A stretch of DNA of 54,880 nt from assembly GCA_003427395.1 (NCBI GenBank), contig BFEA01000041.1:4087028-4141907 (forward strand). The letters run 5' to 3'. Origin of the DNA: Chara braunii (Eukaryota; Plantae; Charophyceae). Under the pieces are notes generated by a model that was given only the letters and a program-made list of their open reading frames with translations, had not been told where the DNA came from and searched no databases. Made by a program: the position numbers and the translations under genes. Positions 24,201 to 36,884 of the stretch are shown here, one piece after another (the first letter of the stretch is position 1; the number at the start of each line of letters is the position of its first letter).

Positions 24201-25432
24201 CGACGTCCGTGCATATCGATATTTCTGCCTCCCGGACAGCAATGGATGAGCTAGCAGCAGAACCCGTTGGTAAACTATGTAGACGGCCGACAATGAACCT
24301 CTCCCATTTCACCTTCAACTAAAAGCTAAGCTATTTTCTTCTCTCAATTTCACCTTTCACTATCTACCTACCACTACTCATAAGCCGATACAGGGGACCC
24401 CCCTGCAAGCACCTTCGTGTTGCCATCATCAGGAGGCCCCCAACAGACCTTGGCAAAAAAAAAAAAAAAAAAGGTACGACAGGCAACAGTCCCATACTGT
24501 TATACCCCGTTCCACGCGGGGACGCTGCCATGCGGGTAGAGCGCGTTTTCTGTGCTAGACATGGCAACCGCCTGTGTCAGGAAAAAAAAAAAAAAGAAAA
24601 AAAAAAAGAGCGCTGTGGTCTGCGTTGAGTTCGTCGACGGTCTCGATAAGTGGGTGACGGGCCCGGGTGTCGTGATTTTCTGCTGCGGTCCGTGTCGAGT
24701 TCCAGAACAGAATGTTTTGGGGCATGCATACGTGCCCGTGTTTGGCAAAACTTGGCATAGTTTTGTCGGGCTCGGGTCGACTTCCCAACCCCCATCTACT
24801 TTGCCCTGCATTCCTAAAATTACGCTTACCATGATTCGCATTTGAAACAATACCGACGGCAGCTCGACATCGAAGAATATAATAGACGTATGAAAAATAA
24901 AACAAAAAAAAACGTAAAGGTTCAGTACGGCTTTGGAGTATGTTGTGTGGTATATTTAACAGTTTTGTGAACCGGAACATGTGCCAGAAAACGGGAAGAG
25001 CAAAAGAGGGAAGAGGATGTACATGATCAAGGTATATACCAACAAACAGCATGGCTGTGTGGATGTGNGGGGNGGGGNGGGGGGGNGGGGCACCTAAGCG
25101 CCCCCTCCCCGACACCCCCCACCCCCCTACCCTACCGTAGTATAACAAGCATGAGCAATGTATACGACAAGCAGAAACATAGTGTCTGCGTGTGGCATAT
25201 GGTTATCTGTTCTGTCAGTCCTTTGCAGTCACAACATGGCATTTCATTTCGAACAACAAGACATGTGAAAGCACCTATGCACAAGCAGAGTGTCTGTGTG
25301 TGACACTGTGTAGCATATGGTTATCTGTTCTGTTTGTACTTTGTTGTTGACAACTAGACATGGCATTTCGAACACCAAGACGTGAAGCAACACAAAGTTG
25401 ATGTGCAAGACTTCTTTCTTGTGAGCTTTGCT

Positions 25433-25468
<36 letters not shown>

Positions 25469-26856
25469 GATGCCGTAATTTCAAATGCTTCAGTAAGCAA
25501 AGTTGTCTGTCAAGTTGTGCATAGTTGTAAAGGAAAAAAAAAAAAAAAAGAGTTGAGGGTAAAGGGTTGAAACTTGGAAGTCATGGTTCTGGCCCTTCAG
25601 GGGGGTGAGTGAGTGATGCTCGCGTAGGAGAGTCGTCTGTTGGCTGAGTGATTGGCATCTTGTTGCAGACAAGGCATCGGTATGTGTATGTAACTGTTTG
25701 CATGGAAGGAAAAAGAAGAGAGCAAGACGGAAGAGAACGTACACGGTCAATGGATATCACAACAATGAGCATGGCTGTTCGCTTGTGGGGGGGAGGAGGG
25801 GGCTATATCTGTCCCTCGCTGCTAAATTGAGCCTTGCGCTAGCATAATGTCTGTGTGCAGCCTCTCCTCATCCTTTCCGATAGCAAAGAACAGGACATCA
25901 CAGCAGAACATACTATACCAGCAAGCCTAGCATAGTATAGCACAGAACAGCACAGCACAGCACAACATAGCACAGCATAGCATAGCAAAGCATAGCACAG
26001 CACAACATATGGAGGCCAATTAACACTCTTACAGTGGAAGATACGTGGTGCAGGGTTCGTTATGCTGATGTGTGGCGAATAGCGGAAACCGAGAAGAGCA
26101 GTAGCACAGGCACGCGTGAAGCCTCGGATTCCAGACATTCATTGCGTCCGAAGATGCACGAAGGGATGGCAGAGGACAGCAGATGTTGATCTATGGTCAA
26201 ATGTGAACGACGAGGGCTATGTGGTTGGTTGAGGCAGTGCACCACCTCTGCTGATATGACTTTGCATGATCTGCGTGCACAAAACTGAGACAAAACAAAA
26301 AAAAAAAAGCTTATGCTCAGCATCTGGTCATTTTGTTGGCTAAGCTATTTGTATGCTGCTGTTCACATGGCCTCGCTCTTCTCGTGCGTCGTTCTTATGA
26401 CGAAACAAGAAAACAGCAGGACCAAAGACAACTACAGCGTGCATGTATATGACCAAAATTCACTGCAGATTCACAGCAGATTCACTGCAGATTCACTGCA
26501 GATTCACTGCAGATTCAAGTGTTGAAAGTGAGGGTTTAAGGTTAGTAATGCCAATGTCTGGGAGTGTCATCTGTTGGCAGAGTGTCTGGAATCTTGCTGC
26601 TGACAGACATGGCATCGCTATGTCTATGCAACGTCCATGTGCATGAAAAAAAAAAAAAAAAAAGTACAACACATGAGATGAGACAAAGGTCCGTGGTCAT
26701 GTCCTGTGTCCACGAGGAGGGATCTCCCCTTGCGTGAAACAATGCCCTGCCTCTGCCGATTTGAGGTAGCATGGTCCACGTGTGCACAACTGAGGCAACA
26801 GAATGCTATGCTTAGCATATGGTCATCTATTGACTAAGTTCCTGGCACTTTGCTGC

Positions 26857-26946
<90 letters not shown>

Positions 26947-27726
26947 NNNNNNNNNNNNNNNNNNNNNNNNNNNNNNNNNNNNNNNNNNNNNNNNNNNNNN
27001 NNNNNNNNNNNNNNNNNNNNNNNNNNNNNNNNNNNNNNNNNNNNNNNNNNNNNNNNNNNNNNNNNNNNNNNNNNNNNNNNNNNNNNNNNNNNNNNNNNNN
27101 NNNNNNNNNNNNNNNNNNNNNNNNNNNNNNNNNNNNNNNNNNNNNNNNNNNNNNNNNNNNNNNNNNNNNNNNNNNNNNNNNNNNNNNNNNNNNNNNNNNN
27201 NNNNNNNNNNNNNNNNNNNNNNNNNNNNNNNNNNNNNNNNNNNNNNNNNNNNNNNNNNNNNNNNNNNNNNNNNNNNNNNNNNNNNNNNNNNNNNNNNNNN
27301 NNNNNNNNNNNNNNNNNNNNNNNNNNNNNNNNNNNNNNNNNNNNNNNNNNNNNNNNNNNNNNNNNNNNNNNNNNNNNNNNNNNNNNNNNNNNNNNNNNNN
27401 NNNNNNNNNNNNNNNNNNNNNNNNNNNNNNNNNNNNNNNNNNNNNNNNNNNNNNNNNNNNNNNNNNNNNNNNNNNNNNNNNNNNNNNNNNNNNNNNNNNN
27501 NNNNNNNNNNNNNNNNNNNNNNNNNNNNNNNNNNNNNNNNNNNNNNNNNNNNNNNNNNNNNNNNNNNNNNNNNNNNNNNNNNNNNNNNNNNNNNNNNNNN
27601 NNNNNNNNNNNNNNNNNNNNNNNNNNNNNNNNNNNNNNNNNNNNNNNNNNNNNNNNNNNNNNNNNNNNNNNNNNNNNNNNNNNNNNNNNNNNNNNNNNNN
27701 NNNNNNNNNNNNNNNNNNNNNNNNNN

Positions 27727-27792
<66 letters not shown>

Positions 27793-29074
27793 AGACATAG
27801 AATCGCGAAAGGAAAGGTCCACGGAAAGTTCAATGAAAGTTCAATGAAAGTTCATGGCAAGGTACATGGTGTGTGATGTGCCATGTTTATCAATGATGGG
27901 ATGATCATGTCATCAGCTTTAAGAGCGCAAGCTTCTATAAGTTGGTCGAGGCAAAAAGCCATGGCGAAGGCGAAGTTGTTCTTGCAGCATGGTGTGTACT
28001 CAAAAAACGGATGCGATCAGGACCAAACATGAGGAATCGGGTGTGGTACTTCATTAACAACCGTGCCATCTTGGTTCCACTCCTTATCAAAGAAAGGCAG
28101 AGGTGATTTGTGATCTAGGGGCAGGCAGGAAGAAGAAGAAGAACAACAAATCAGTAATGGCGAGGCCAATCACCACCCGTCCACGCTTACGCGTATTCAA
28201 TAGCCATGGACATTAAAGCTCACAAATGCGCACATTCCCCGACGCGTTTCGCCTGGCTGCGCTCCAGGGCTTATCAAGGGGCAAACCACACTCCCGCATC
28301 CACCTGTCTGTCCGCCTGAGCTCTGAGGGCCGTTCTGGCCTTGCCCTCTATGTATACCGTACTCGTGCCAGTCTGCACGTTCCTCGTGTGTCCAACAACC
28401 CGGCATAGGCACTCCCTTCACTCAGCATAACAGAACGGGCTTGCCTTCACAGTCTTCCGCCAGGAGCCTCACGTGTGCGCCTATGCTGTGCCCGGTATGC
28501 CCGTTGAGCACGTGTACCAGTTCCCGGGGAAGTTTTTGATGCCGTCCAGGTACGTCCCGTTTGTTTTCTCCTTTTTCCGGTTCCTGTCGGGTGCGCGCAC
28601 CCACCCGGCTTTTTTCCTCTCTTGCCTCTCAACCGGCCTGCTATCGGCTACCCATGCGTACTATCTAATAGTTGCTGCTGCTAACACCCTTACCTGGTAC
28701 TCGTCTCTGCTACTCTTTTCCTGCTGTCTATTAACCCAGTCCTGGCCCTATAACTCTGCTATCGGGGTTTTTAAGACTCCTGTGTCTACTGCTAATTCCA
28801 CCCACATCCCTCCTATGGTACATAAATTACAGTCCGGTGTCCTATTGCTAATTCCACACACGTCCCTGCTATGGTACATAAAATACAACCCGGTCCCATG
28901 TACTGGAGTGTTCCCCGCTCCCGTCGTGTTTCTTCCAGGTCACACCCTTCCCCGAGTGCTGCTCCGTTTTCCTCATGCCGGTCTACGTCTTGCGAACTGA
29001 ACAAGTCGTTCAGCGAGCATCTGCCATGCTTTGCTGAAGGTGCTGGTAACCCTAGCAAACTTTGCTAGAGTGTG

Positions 29075-29530
29075 GAAGAAGAAGAAGAAGAAGAAGAAGA
29101 AGAAGAAGAAGAAGAAGAAGAAGAAGAAGAAGAAGAAGAAGAAGAAGAAGAAGAAGAAGAAGAAGAAGAGTGAAAACAGTGGCCAACTGCCTTTCGTACA
29201 TGCTTCGAAAGCTCTTCAATACATAGCCACGCGTACTCAGAAGAAGAAGAAGAAGAAGAAGAAGAAGAAGAAGGCCATGGGAGAAGGAGGGAGTTGAATC
29301 GTCTCAAGCCATCGAAACCAACGGAAAGGAGGACGACGACGAGGAGGAGGAAGAGGAGGAGAGGGAGGAGGAGGAAGAGGAAGAGAGAGAGGAGGAAGAG
29401 GAGGAGAGAGAGGAGGAGGAAGAGGAAGAGAGAGAGGAGGAGGAAGAGGAAGAGAGAGGAGGAGGAAGAGGAGGAGAGAGAGGAGGAGGAGCAGGAGGAA
29501 GAGAAAGAGAATGTGGAGGAGGAGAATGGG
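29075..29530. repeat. (GAA)n and (GAG/GAA) purine microsatellites
   Basis: Direct observation. Confidence 0.95.
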
Positions 29531-30412
29531 GAGGAGCTGCAGGGGTCCCCTGTCTAATTCTTGTAGTGGGTTTTTGGCACAGAGTGCAGTGGAAGGGTTC
29601 CCTCAGAAAAGGGATTATGACACCTCTGAAGGAAGGGTTCAAGCAACCGGGGAGGTGGGGGGGAAGGAAAAAAAAAAGAAGAAGCGGTGACAAGAATGAA
29701 AATCGCGCGGAAGACCAGAACGGCAGGAAATGCAGCCAGGTGGATGTGAGTGCAGTGCGTGGCTGGGAACAGAAAACGCACTTGTTCGGTGAGGGAGGAA
29801 AAAACACTTGCGGAAAGCAATGGGCAGCGCCAGATAAGAGGGGGGAGGGGGACAGCAGCAAACAGTCCTCGAACGGAGGTGATGGAAGCAGAGCATGGAG
29901 AAGGGAAAGAGAGACGACGCAGTCAGAAGGAGAGGTAGGAGAGAGAGGGAAAGGAAAACAGACGCAGAAGAGAGAAGTACTACTATCTTCCCCCCAGACA
30001 CAACGCAACCTCATCATCAATGTATCGGAGCGGAAAGATAGCTTGTATACATGCATGATCAGGGTCCGTTGTGTTCGTGGGAAGATGGTCAGGCAAGATA
30101 GAAAACAGTGAGAAATGTGAGAGTAGGTGACAAAAAGAGGGGCACACCCAAAACAGCAAAAAGGAGGGGAGGCCGCAGACTCATCCCGCCGCCTTCTGTT
30201 TCCCTTGCCGTCCTGCTGCCCGCTCTCCTTCTCCCCCCCCCCCCCCCCCTTCCCACCCCTTCTGCGCTTAGCTATGGATGTGGACTTGATTGCAGTCAGA
30301 TACAGTCAGATCCCTCCCCTGCTTGTCGTCCTTTATCTCCAGAGCTTAGCTCATGTGATGTGTTTGTAAACCAGGTGCATTAAACGAACAGAAACAGAGC
30401 CACGCCCTCATG

Positions 30413-30450
30413 CTGTCTCTTATACACATCTAGATGTGTATAAGAGACAG
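30413..30450. other. Nextera mate-pair junction adapter (two head-to-head Tn5 mosaic ends); sequencing artefact
   Basis: Exact CTGTCTCTTATACACATCT+AGATGTGTATAAGAGACAG. Confidence 0.98.
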
Positions 30451-30709
30451 GTTATGTTCGGGCAATGGTTCAGGATCGGTCGATGGCCCAGCAGGTTCTT
30501 CGTGCCAATCCACTCCACCTCGATTGGGATCTGGATCGGGATCTGCATTGGACCGTAGAGATTGAGAGGATAGACGGCGAGGGACAGAGTGCATGCAAGC
30601 GGGAGCTTGTCCCAATGGTGTGGAAGAAGACGAAGATCTGAACGAGAACGATGCACGGGGAGGAGGAGGAAGAAGAAAGCGAGGATGGATATGGAAGACT
30701 TGGTAGAGG

Positions 30710-30747
30710 CTGTCTCTTATACACATCTAGATGTGTATAAGAGACAG
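30710..30747. other. Second Nextera mate-pair junction adapter; sequencing artefact
   Basis: Exact 38-bp adapter. 30451-30709 duplicates 31141-31399, and 30748-30902 duplicates about 30259-30412. Confidence 0.98.
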
Positions 30748-33416
30748 CCTCTGCACTTAGCTATGGATGTGGACTTGATTGCAGTCAGATACAGTCAGAT
30801 CCCTCCCCTGCTTGTCGTCCTTTATCTCCAGAGCTTAGCTCATGTGATGTGTTTGTAAACCAGGTGCATTAAACGAACAGAAACAGAGCCACGCCCTCAT
30901 GTGTCCATTAAGCTAACGGAAACAGAACCCCGCCGTTAGCTTAATGCACAGGAGCTCGATCAGATCCCGACGTGGTTGAGTACTATGGTACACATATAAT
31001 TGGTGATGAACAGATCAGGAGCTCGATCAGATCCTGCTGCTGCCAAACAAATCGGATCCATACAATAATATGCTACGATCGGGATAATCCCCGTTGAAAA
31101 GGATAAAGGCGATTGGGATCTGGATCGGGATCTGCATTCTGTTATGTTCGGGCAATGGTTCAGGATCGGTCGATGGCCCAGCAGGTTCTTCGTGCCAATC
31201 CACTCCACCTCGATTGGGATCTGGATCGGGATCTGCATTGGACCGTAGAGATTGAGAGGATAGACGGCGAGGGACAGAGTGCATGCAAGCGGGAGCTTGT
31301 CCCAATGGTGTGGAAGAAGACGAAGATCTGAACGAGAACGATGCACGGGGAGGAGGAGGAAGAAGAAAGCGAGGATGGATATGGAAGACTTGGTAGAGGA
31401 GGACGCGTGGAAGATGTGGAAGAAGACAATGGGACCAGTCTGCCTGCTACGGTAGTGCTTGTAAACATAGAGATCCCGACGACGAGTCTGTCGAGACTGC
31501 CAGGTTACAAAGGAGTAGCGCCGCCCTGTGTACATCCAGCAACTGTCGAAGTACTAAGTACTGCAGAGGAGCAAAAGGACGAGGTGGCCGAAGCTTGGCA
31601 TCATCAGCAGGAGGCCCGGGCGGTTAGTCCGGTGCGGAATACACATAAGAGGAGCAGAAGGGGAGTGGAGAGTGTGATGAAACGAGGACACGTGTCGTGT
31701 ATCTATCTGGGACTGGACCGCACTCGTGGTTAATGGGTGGTGGTGTTTTCGGCGAATTTTTTCACCGAGACTATCATTTTTCCCTGAATTTTTGCTTTTT
31801 TTTTGCTTTTTTTTTTGTGATATGTCTGTGTTTGAGGGTATATCTGTATTCAATTTCGACGTATTTGGACAAGTAATGAAAATGAAAAAAGTTGGCAAGT
31901 ACACCGGATTCCCCCAAAAAATTGGCGAACTCCGAAAGCTACTCCGAATAGGGTTTTATACTATAGTGCTTTTGAGGTTTTTTTTTTTTTCTGTTTATAG
32001 GGTTTTAAACTATAGTGCTTTTGAGGGTTTTTTTTTTTCTGTTTTTTTTTGCCAGTTCCGTTTTTTAATGTTTGTATTATGAGCCTACATAGTTTGTTCG
32101 CAAATTTTTTGACGACATTGTTTGTAGTGATGCGGAGAAAAACCCCGAATTTTGGGCCTTCCATTAACCGCGTGTCCTGGAACGTAGCGTCGAAAAAAAA
32201 AAAAAAAAAAGTCGCCTCATCATAGCTCTTTGCTTTGCGCGGGAAACAAACGGCGACGCAAAGAGAGAAGAAGAGCAGGCACGTGATGAATAGCAGGTGG
32301 ATGAGGAGGAGGAAGTAGCAGTGATGGCCATCATGATTACGATGATGGTGGTCATGGGTGTTAAAAAAATGGCATTCCCCTCCGCTAGCTGAACACGCCC
32401 ACGCTGCAACATCACCCGCTGATACGCCGAGATTTTCGACGGGCGATACTGTCTGGCACACACGTCTTCCTTCATCAACAAGCGAGAAGCTTCTATACTC
32501 CATCGATGCCCCCCTCCCTTCCTATTTTCTCTTCTTTTTTTTTTGTTCGTCCCCCTGTTTGTTTTTCTCTCTTCTGTCATTCTCCTCTTCGCCTTGCTCC
32601 TTCTTCTTGTCGTGCTCGCGCTTCTCTGGCTTGCAGTCAACGGCTTCATTCATCAACCACTGCCCCAGCTGCATTGCCCATGACTCCCTCCATTTTCTTT
32701 TTTTTTCCTCTCTTTTTCTCTTTTCTTCTTTTTTTTTCTCTTTTTTCCTTTTTTTTCCTCCAACGACTTCATCAACCACTGCCCCAGCTCCATTGCCCAT
32801 GACTCCCTCCATTTTTTTATTTTTTTCTCTTTTCTTCTTTTTTTCCCTTTTTTTTTTCTTTTTTTCCTCTTTTTTCTCTTTTCTCCTCTTTTTTCCTCTT
32901 TTTTTCCTTTTTTTTTCCTCTTTTTTCCCTTTTTTCCCCCCTTTTTTTTCTCTTTTTTCCCTCTTTTTTCCCTCTTTTTTTCCTCTTTTTTCCCTCCTTT
33001 TTTCCTCTTTTTTCCCTCTTCTTTTAAGTTTTTTTAACTTCTTTTTTTTTTCTCTTTTTTTTCTTTTTTTTCTTTTTTTTCTTTTTTTTTTCTCTTTCCT
33101 TCTGTTCTTTTATACTTAGAAAATCCACCTTTTTTTTTCTCTCTTTTTTTTCTCTTCTTTTCTCTTCTTTCTCTCTTCTTTTCTCTTTTTTTTTCTTTTT
33201 TTTTTTTCTCTTTCCTTCTGTTCTTTTTATACCTAGAAAAGAGATCGTCCCCTTCTTTGTTGTGCTTTCTTTTGTCCCTCCTCAACCGCCCCGACTCCAG
33301 TGCCCCATGTCCCGACGATACGCCTCCGTCGACCCCTGCCAAATGGAAAGCGACGCGCCTGCCTCTCCACTTGCTCTAGACCTTCGCCTCGCTGTCCACC
33401 AAAACCCCTGTAGAAC

Positions 33417-33456
<40 letters not shown>

Positions 33457-34086
33457 CTGTAGAACCGAATGCCAACTCCATGGCCAATGACAACCTCACC
33501 CCGCCCAGGGACGTCCAACCCTTGGCACAAAGATGGTCGTGGGTAGCCTGGGAATCATGACCCCCTTAGAGTGGGAGAAGGGGGACGTGAGAGGCGAGAG
33601 GAGGATGAGGAGGAGGGCGGTTAAGCTGTGATGACAGGCCTCGCTCCGCTACTCTCGACATGCACAAAAGACAAAAACCATGGCAGTGAATCTTTCCATG
33701 TTCTAGCGGAAGATTCACTCTCGTTTTGCGCAGGTTCACAGGCTCCAGCGCTGCAGGAACCTGTAATGGAGTTCAACAACAGCTTGTCAAGAAAACAACC
33801 AGACCAGCACAATCACATGACTTAGATCAAAACTGACCCCACCCNCCCACCCACCCACCCACCCATAGATCAAAACTGACCCCACCCACCCACCCACCCA
33901 CCCACCCAATCATCCATCCCCCCTTCCTCGCCTCTTGCTCCCTGTGATCGTGCTCCCCTGCCCTTTCTCGCTCTCTCTCTTCCCTTCATTGGCACTCTTA
34001 TGCAAAACCACGCAATATGAATCCACAATGCAAATCTCCCCGTACTGGCGTTCTTTTTTTCCCCCTCAAGACAGAGGTCGGTTGCT

Positions 34087-36489
34087 TCATAACCTCGTGG
34101 CATTGGCAAGGTTCAACTCCGTCCGGAAAATTGTAGATGAGTCCTTACCTGCAATGTCATTTACTGAGGGTGATTCTGATTCCCCTGCTGGATCTGACTG
34201 ACCTGTATGGTGACCCCCCTCCTCATTGCATGTGGCAGGCTGCACAGCCCTACCGATTGCATCGAAGTCCTCTGGCAACCCACCCTTCTCATCATCTCTA
34301 TCGTGATCGCTTGCTGCTAAGTCCTCTGGGGAGCCTCTGGTATCCTCAAAGGAAGTGGGATCAGGGGAGGAGGAGGAGGAGGTGGAGAAAGAGGAAGAGG
34401 CAGCAAAGGAAGAGGAGGTATAGGCAGAAGAGGAGGAGGAGGAGGAGGAGGCCACATGCGAGTTCGATATCGCCATCCTGTCAGCTCTGCCCCTGGCAGC
34501 TTTGGCCCTGGCAGCGGCCGTGCTATTCACTGCAGCATCCCTGCCCTTCTTACTCCACCCCCCTCCATTCCTCCCTCTCCCACCATCCTCTTCATCAAAC
34601 CCATCCCACAAGTCAGCCATGGACCCATCTCCACCTATTCGTCCTCGGATAAACTCACGATCCTCCTCCTCCTCCTCCTCCTCCTCTACTTTCTCTGCTT
34701 TCTTTATCCCGTCATCCACCACATCTTCTTCCTCTTCTTCCTCCTCCTCCTCCTCCTCCTCCTCCTCCTCCTCCTCCTCCTCTTCAGAATCATCATCATC
34801 ATCATCGTCGTTCCAGGCCGTGAATACATCTGTCGGCTTCCACAGAAGTCCCGATCCCGCCGTCCGGATGCTCCTCACCCTGTCTGCTTGTTGGATAGTG
34901 GCATCGGGATCCAGACCTAGCATCACCGCTTCCACGGGATCGACTTCAATAAGCCACGCGCTGTTTCCCCGCCGCCCAGGGCCAGAAGGTATGCCATACT
35001 TCTCCCTGAGGAACACGGTGTTCCGCACACCCTTGTGACTCACGTAAAACACATCCTGATGCCTTAACAGCAGCCCCTTCACACTCTGACTCAAGCGGAG
35101 GTCTTTGCGGAAGTGGGTGATCTGATCAATGAGCAGGCGTTTGCCACGTGTCAGCAGGAGAAGCTGCCGGACCATCTGCACACGGCGTATCTCCGCCTCG
35201 AGGGAATTGGCGCGCGGTAGCGCCGCCGCAGCGGCGGTAGGTTCAGCTATGTACTTCTCGGGTTCATCGGCAGCCTCAGCCAGAATGACGGCCGGACCCC
35301 CCCACGTGTCCACGTACCGAAAGGCGTCGGGATGGCGATGGACAAAGTCGATTTCGAAGTTGTCGGGGAGGAGGAGCTCACGACGGACGTGCGACAGCCT
35401 CTCAATGAGGAGGAATTTCTTGTCGGTGAGCAGAAGCAGCTTGCGTAGGTTCTCCACTGCCCTTGGCTCAAGCGCCGCCAAAGCGACCCGATACTTCTGC
35501 ACCTCCGCTGCCGCCTCCGGCGTAAATTGGACATACAGACCGTCCCGCTCTTGCGTCACGACAAAGATGTCGGGATACTGCAAGAAGAAGGACTTCAGCT
35601 TTCGGTCCGCAAAGCCGGCGCGTCTGCGCACCTTGCCCAACTTCTTGAGAGAGATTCGATACCCCGGCTCCTTGGACAGAAACTCCCAGGCTCTTCCCAG
35701 TGCCCTGGTCTTCTTCTCGGCTTCGATGATCCTATCTAAGTACACATCCTTCACTCTCTTCACTTTCTTGTTATTACCGAATGCAGCTGTCACATTGGAC
35801 ATCGCCAGATCTTCTTCGGTGGGTACATGGCCATCCAGGAGCGTCGACCCGCCGCGCCCACGCCATTTGCCCCCAGGGCCTCGCCGGATTACCTCCCGCT
35901 TCTTCTGCAGCCCATCCTCGCCGTCATCACCTGCTTCTCCGGCTTGATGACGTGCAGTGTGACGTGGAGAGGTTGACAGAAGACGACAGCCAAGGAAATC
36001 TGACGACAGACATGGATGCCTCGATGATGACGATGATGACGATGAGGAGGAGGAGGGGGCACAAGGGACACGTGTCGAGCCCCCCCAGCGTCTGGTGGTG
36101 CCCATCAGATTGCTGCCAACAAGGAAAGCATGCCACTTTTCAGCGGGACAGGTGCCCTCAGAAGAACGCACCGTAGAGGTCTGACTAACAGAGCGCAGAA
36201 AGGGGGGCTGCTTCTTCAGGCTGGGCACGGCTCGACGGAGTTGAGTCGGCGACGGCGACGACGACGACGAGGAGAAGATGTCGGCGGAACGAAAAGATGA
36301 ACGAACAGTCGATGAACGTTCCGAGAACATCACAAGGATCTTCATCGGGCCTGAGGAGGAGGAGGAGGAGGAGGAGGCATGGGAGGAGGAATGAGGGGAG
36401 GGAGTATAGACATGCGAGGGAAAGATTGGACACTTGAAGGAGGACCTGGCTGCCGCAGGTCCCGCTGCCAATTCCCGAAAGGCAGACAT
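34087..36489 (-). CDS. PORR (plant organelle RNA recognition) domain protein, WTF1/RPD1-like family, intronless, about 800 aa
   Basis: PORR motifs at about 35770-34990: VKDVYLDRIIEAEKK, FFLQYPDIF, AVENLRKLLLLT, LSHVRRELLLPDNF..HPDAFR, RQLLLLT..KRLLIDQITHFRKDL and LLRHQDVFYVSHKG.RNTVFLREKY. The N-terminus is Ser/Arg-rich and transit-peptide-like; the C-terminal tail is acidic. Start placed at MSAFRE (36489). The frame also runs through the gap at 36556-36659, so the true start is uncertain. Confidence 0.88.
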   Translation of the reverse strand: MSAFRELAAGPAAARSSFKCPIFPSHVYTPSPHSSSHASSSSSSSSGPMKILVMFSERSSTVRSSFRSADIFSSSSSSPSPTQLRRAVPSLKKQPPFLRSVSQTSTVRSSEGTCPAEKWHAFLVGSNLMGTTRRWGGSTRVPCAPSSSSSSSSSSSRHPCLSSDFLGCRLLSTSPRHTARHQAGEAGDDGEDGLQKKREVIRRGPGGKWRGRGGSTLLDGHVPTEEDLAMSNVTAAFGNNKKVKRVKDVYLDRIIEAEKKTRALGRAWEFLSKEPGYRISLKKLGKVRRRAGFADRKLKSFFLQYPDIFVVTQERDGLYVQFTPEAAAEVQKYRVALAALEPRAVENLRKLLLLTDKKFLLIERLSHVRRELLLPDNFEIDFVHRHPDAFRYVDTWGGPAVILAEAADEPEKYIAEPTAAAAALPRANSLEAEIRRVQMVRQLLLLTRGKRLLIDQITHFRKDLRLSQSVKGLLLRHQDVFYVSHKGVRNTVFLREKYGIPSGPGRRGNSAWLIEVDPVEAVMLGLDPDATIQQADRVRSIRTAGSGLLWKPTDVFTAWNDDDDDDDSEEEEEEEEEEEEEEEEEEEEDVVDDGIKKAEKVEEEEEEEEDREFIRGRIGGDGSMADLWDGFDEEDGGRGRNGGGWSKKGRDAAVNSTAAARAKAARGRADRMAISNSHVASSSSSSSSAYTSSSFAASSSFSTSSSSSPDPTSFEDTRGSPEDLAASDHDRDDEKGGLPEDFDAIGRAVQPATCNEEGGHHTGQSDPAGESESPSVNDIAGKDSSTIFRTELNLANATRL

Positions 36490-36884
36490 TGAAACGGTTG
36501 TGGAAGCAAGGAGACCTCCTCCTCCTCCCCTCCTTCCTCCTCCCCCCCTTCCTCCNNNNNNNNNNNNNNNNNNNNNNNNNNNNNNNNNNNNNNNNNNNNN
36601 NNNNNNNNNNNNNNNNNNNNNNNNNNNNNNNNNNNNNNNNNNNNNNNNNNNNNNNNNNNTCCTCCCCCCCCCCCTCCTGCTGCTGCAGAGTTCGTGCGGA
36701 GGCTGATGATGCCAGAAAAACAGCCCGTACAATGATCGGAACTGTGGCAGATCTTTTTCTCGATTTTTCCAGCGACGATGGAAGCTTTTTTCAAGTACAC
36801 ATGGCCAGAGCAAGGAAATCGCATACTACTGTTATTATGCACGCGAGGTCCAACCACCAATGGACTGCAAAGTTGGGATGGAGA

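Noticed and set aside
28197-28632. Possible LINE endonuclease start (FVSFNVHG) on the minus strand
   Set aside because: A single weak motif with no following APE motifs.
30413-30747. Natural Tn5-like mini-transposon or horizontal transfer
   Set aside because: Exact synthetic mosaic-end junction adapter with locally duplicated flanks; a library artefact.
31725-32172. Possible MITE bounded by cg(t/c)ggttaatgg / ccattaaccgcg
   Set aside because: The inverted match is only about 12 bp and no TSD could be identified; not enough support.
32358-33530. Phe/Ser/Leu-rich or Lys-rich long ORFs
   Set aside because: Translations of pyrimidine-rich low-complexity tracts.
35129-35947. 272-aa plus-strand ORF
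   Set aside because: Antisense shadow of the GC-rich PORR coding sequence.
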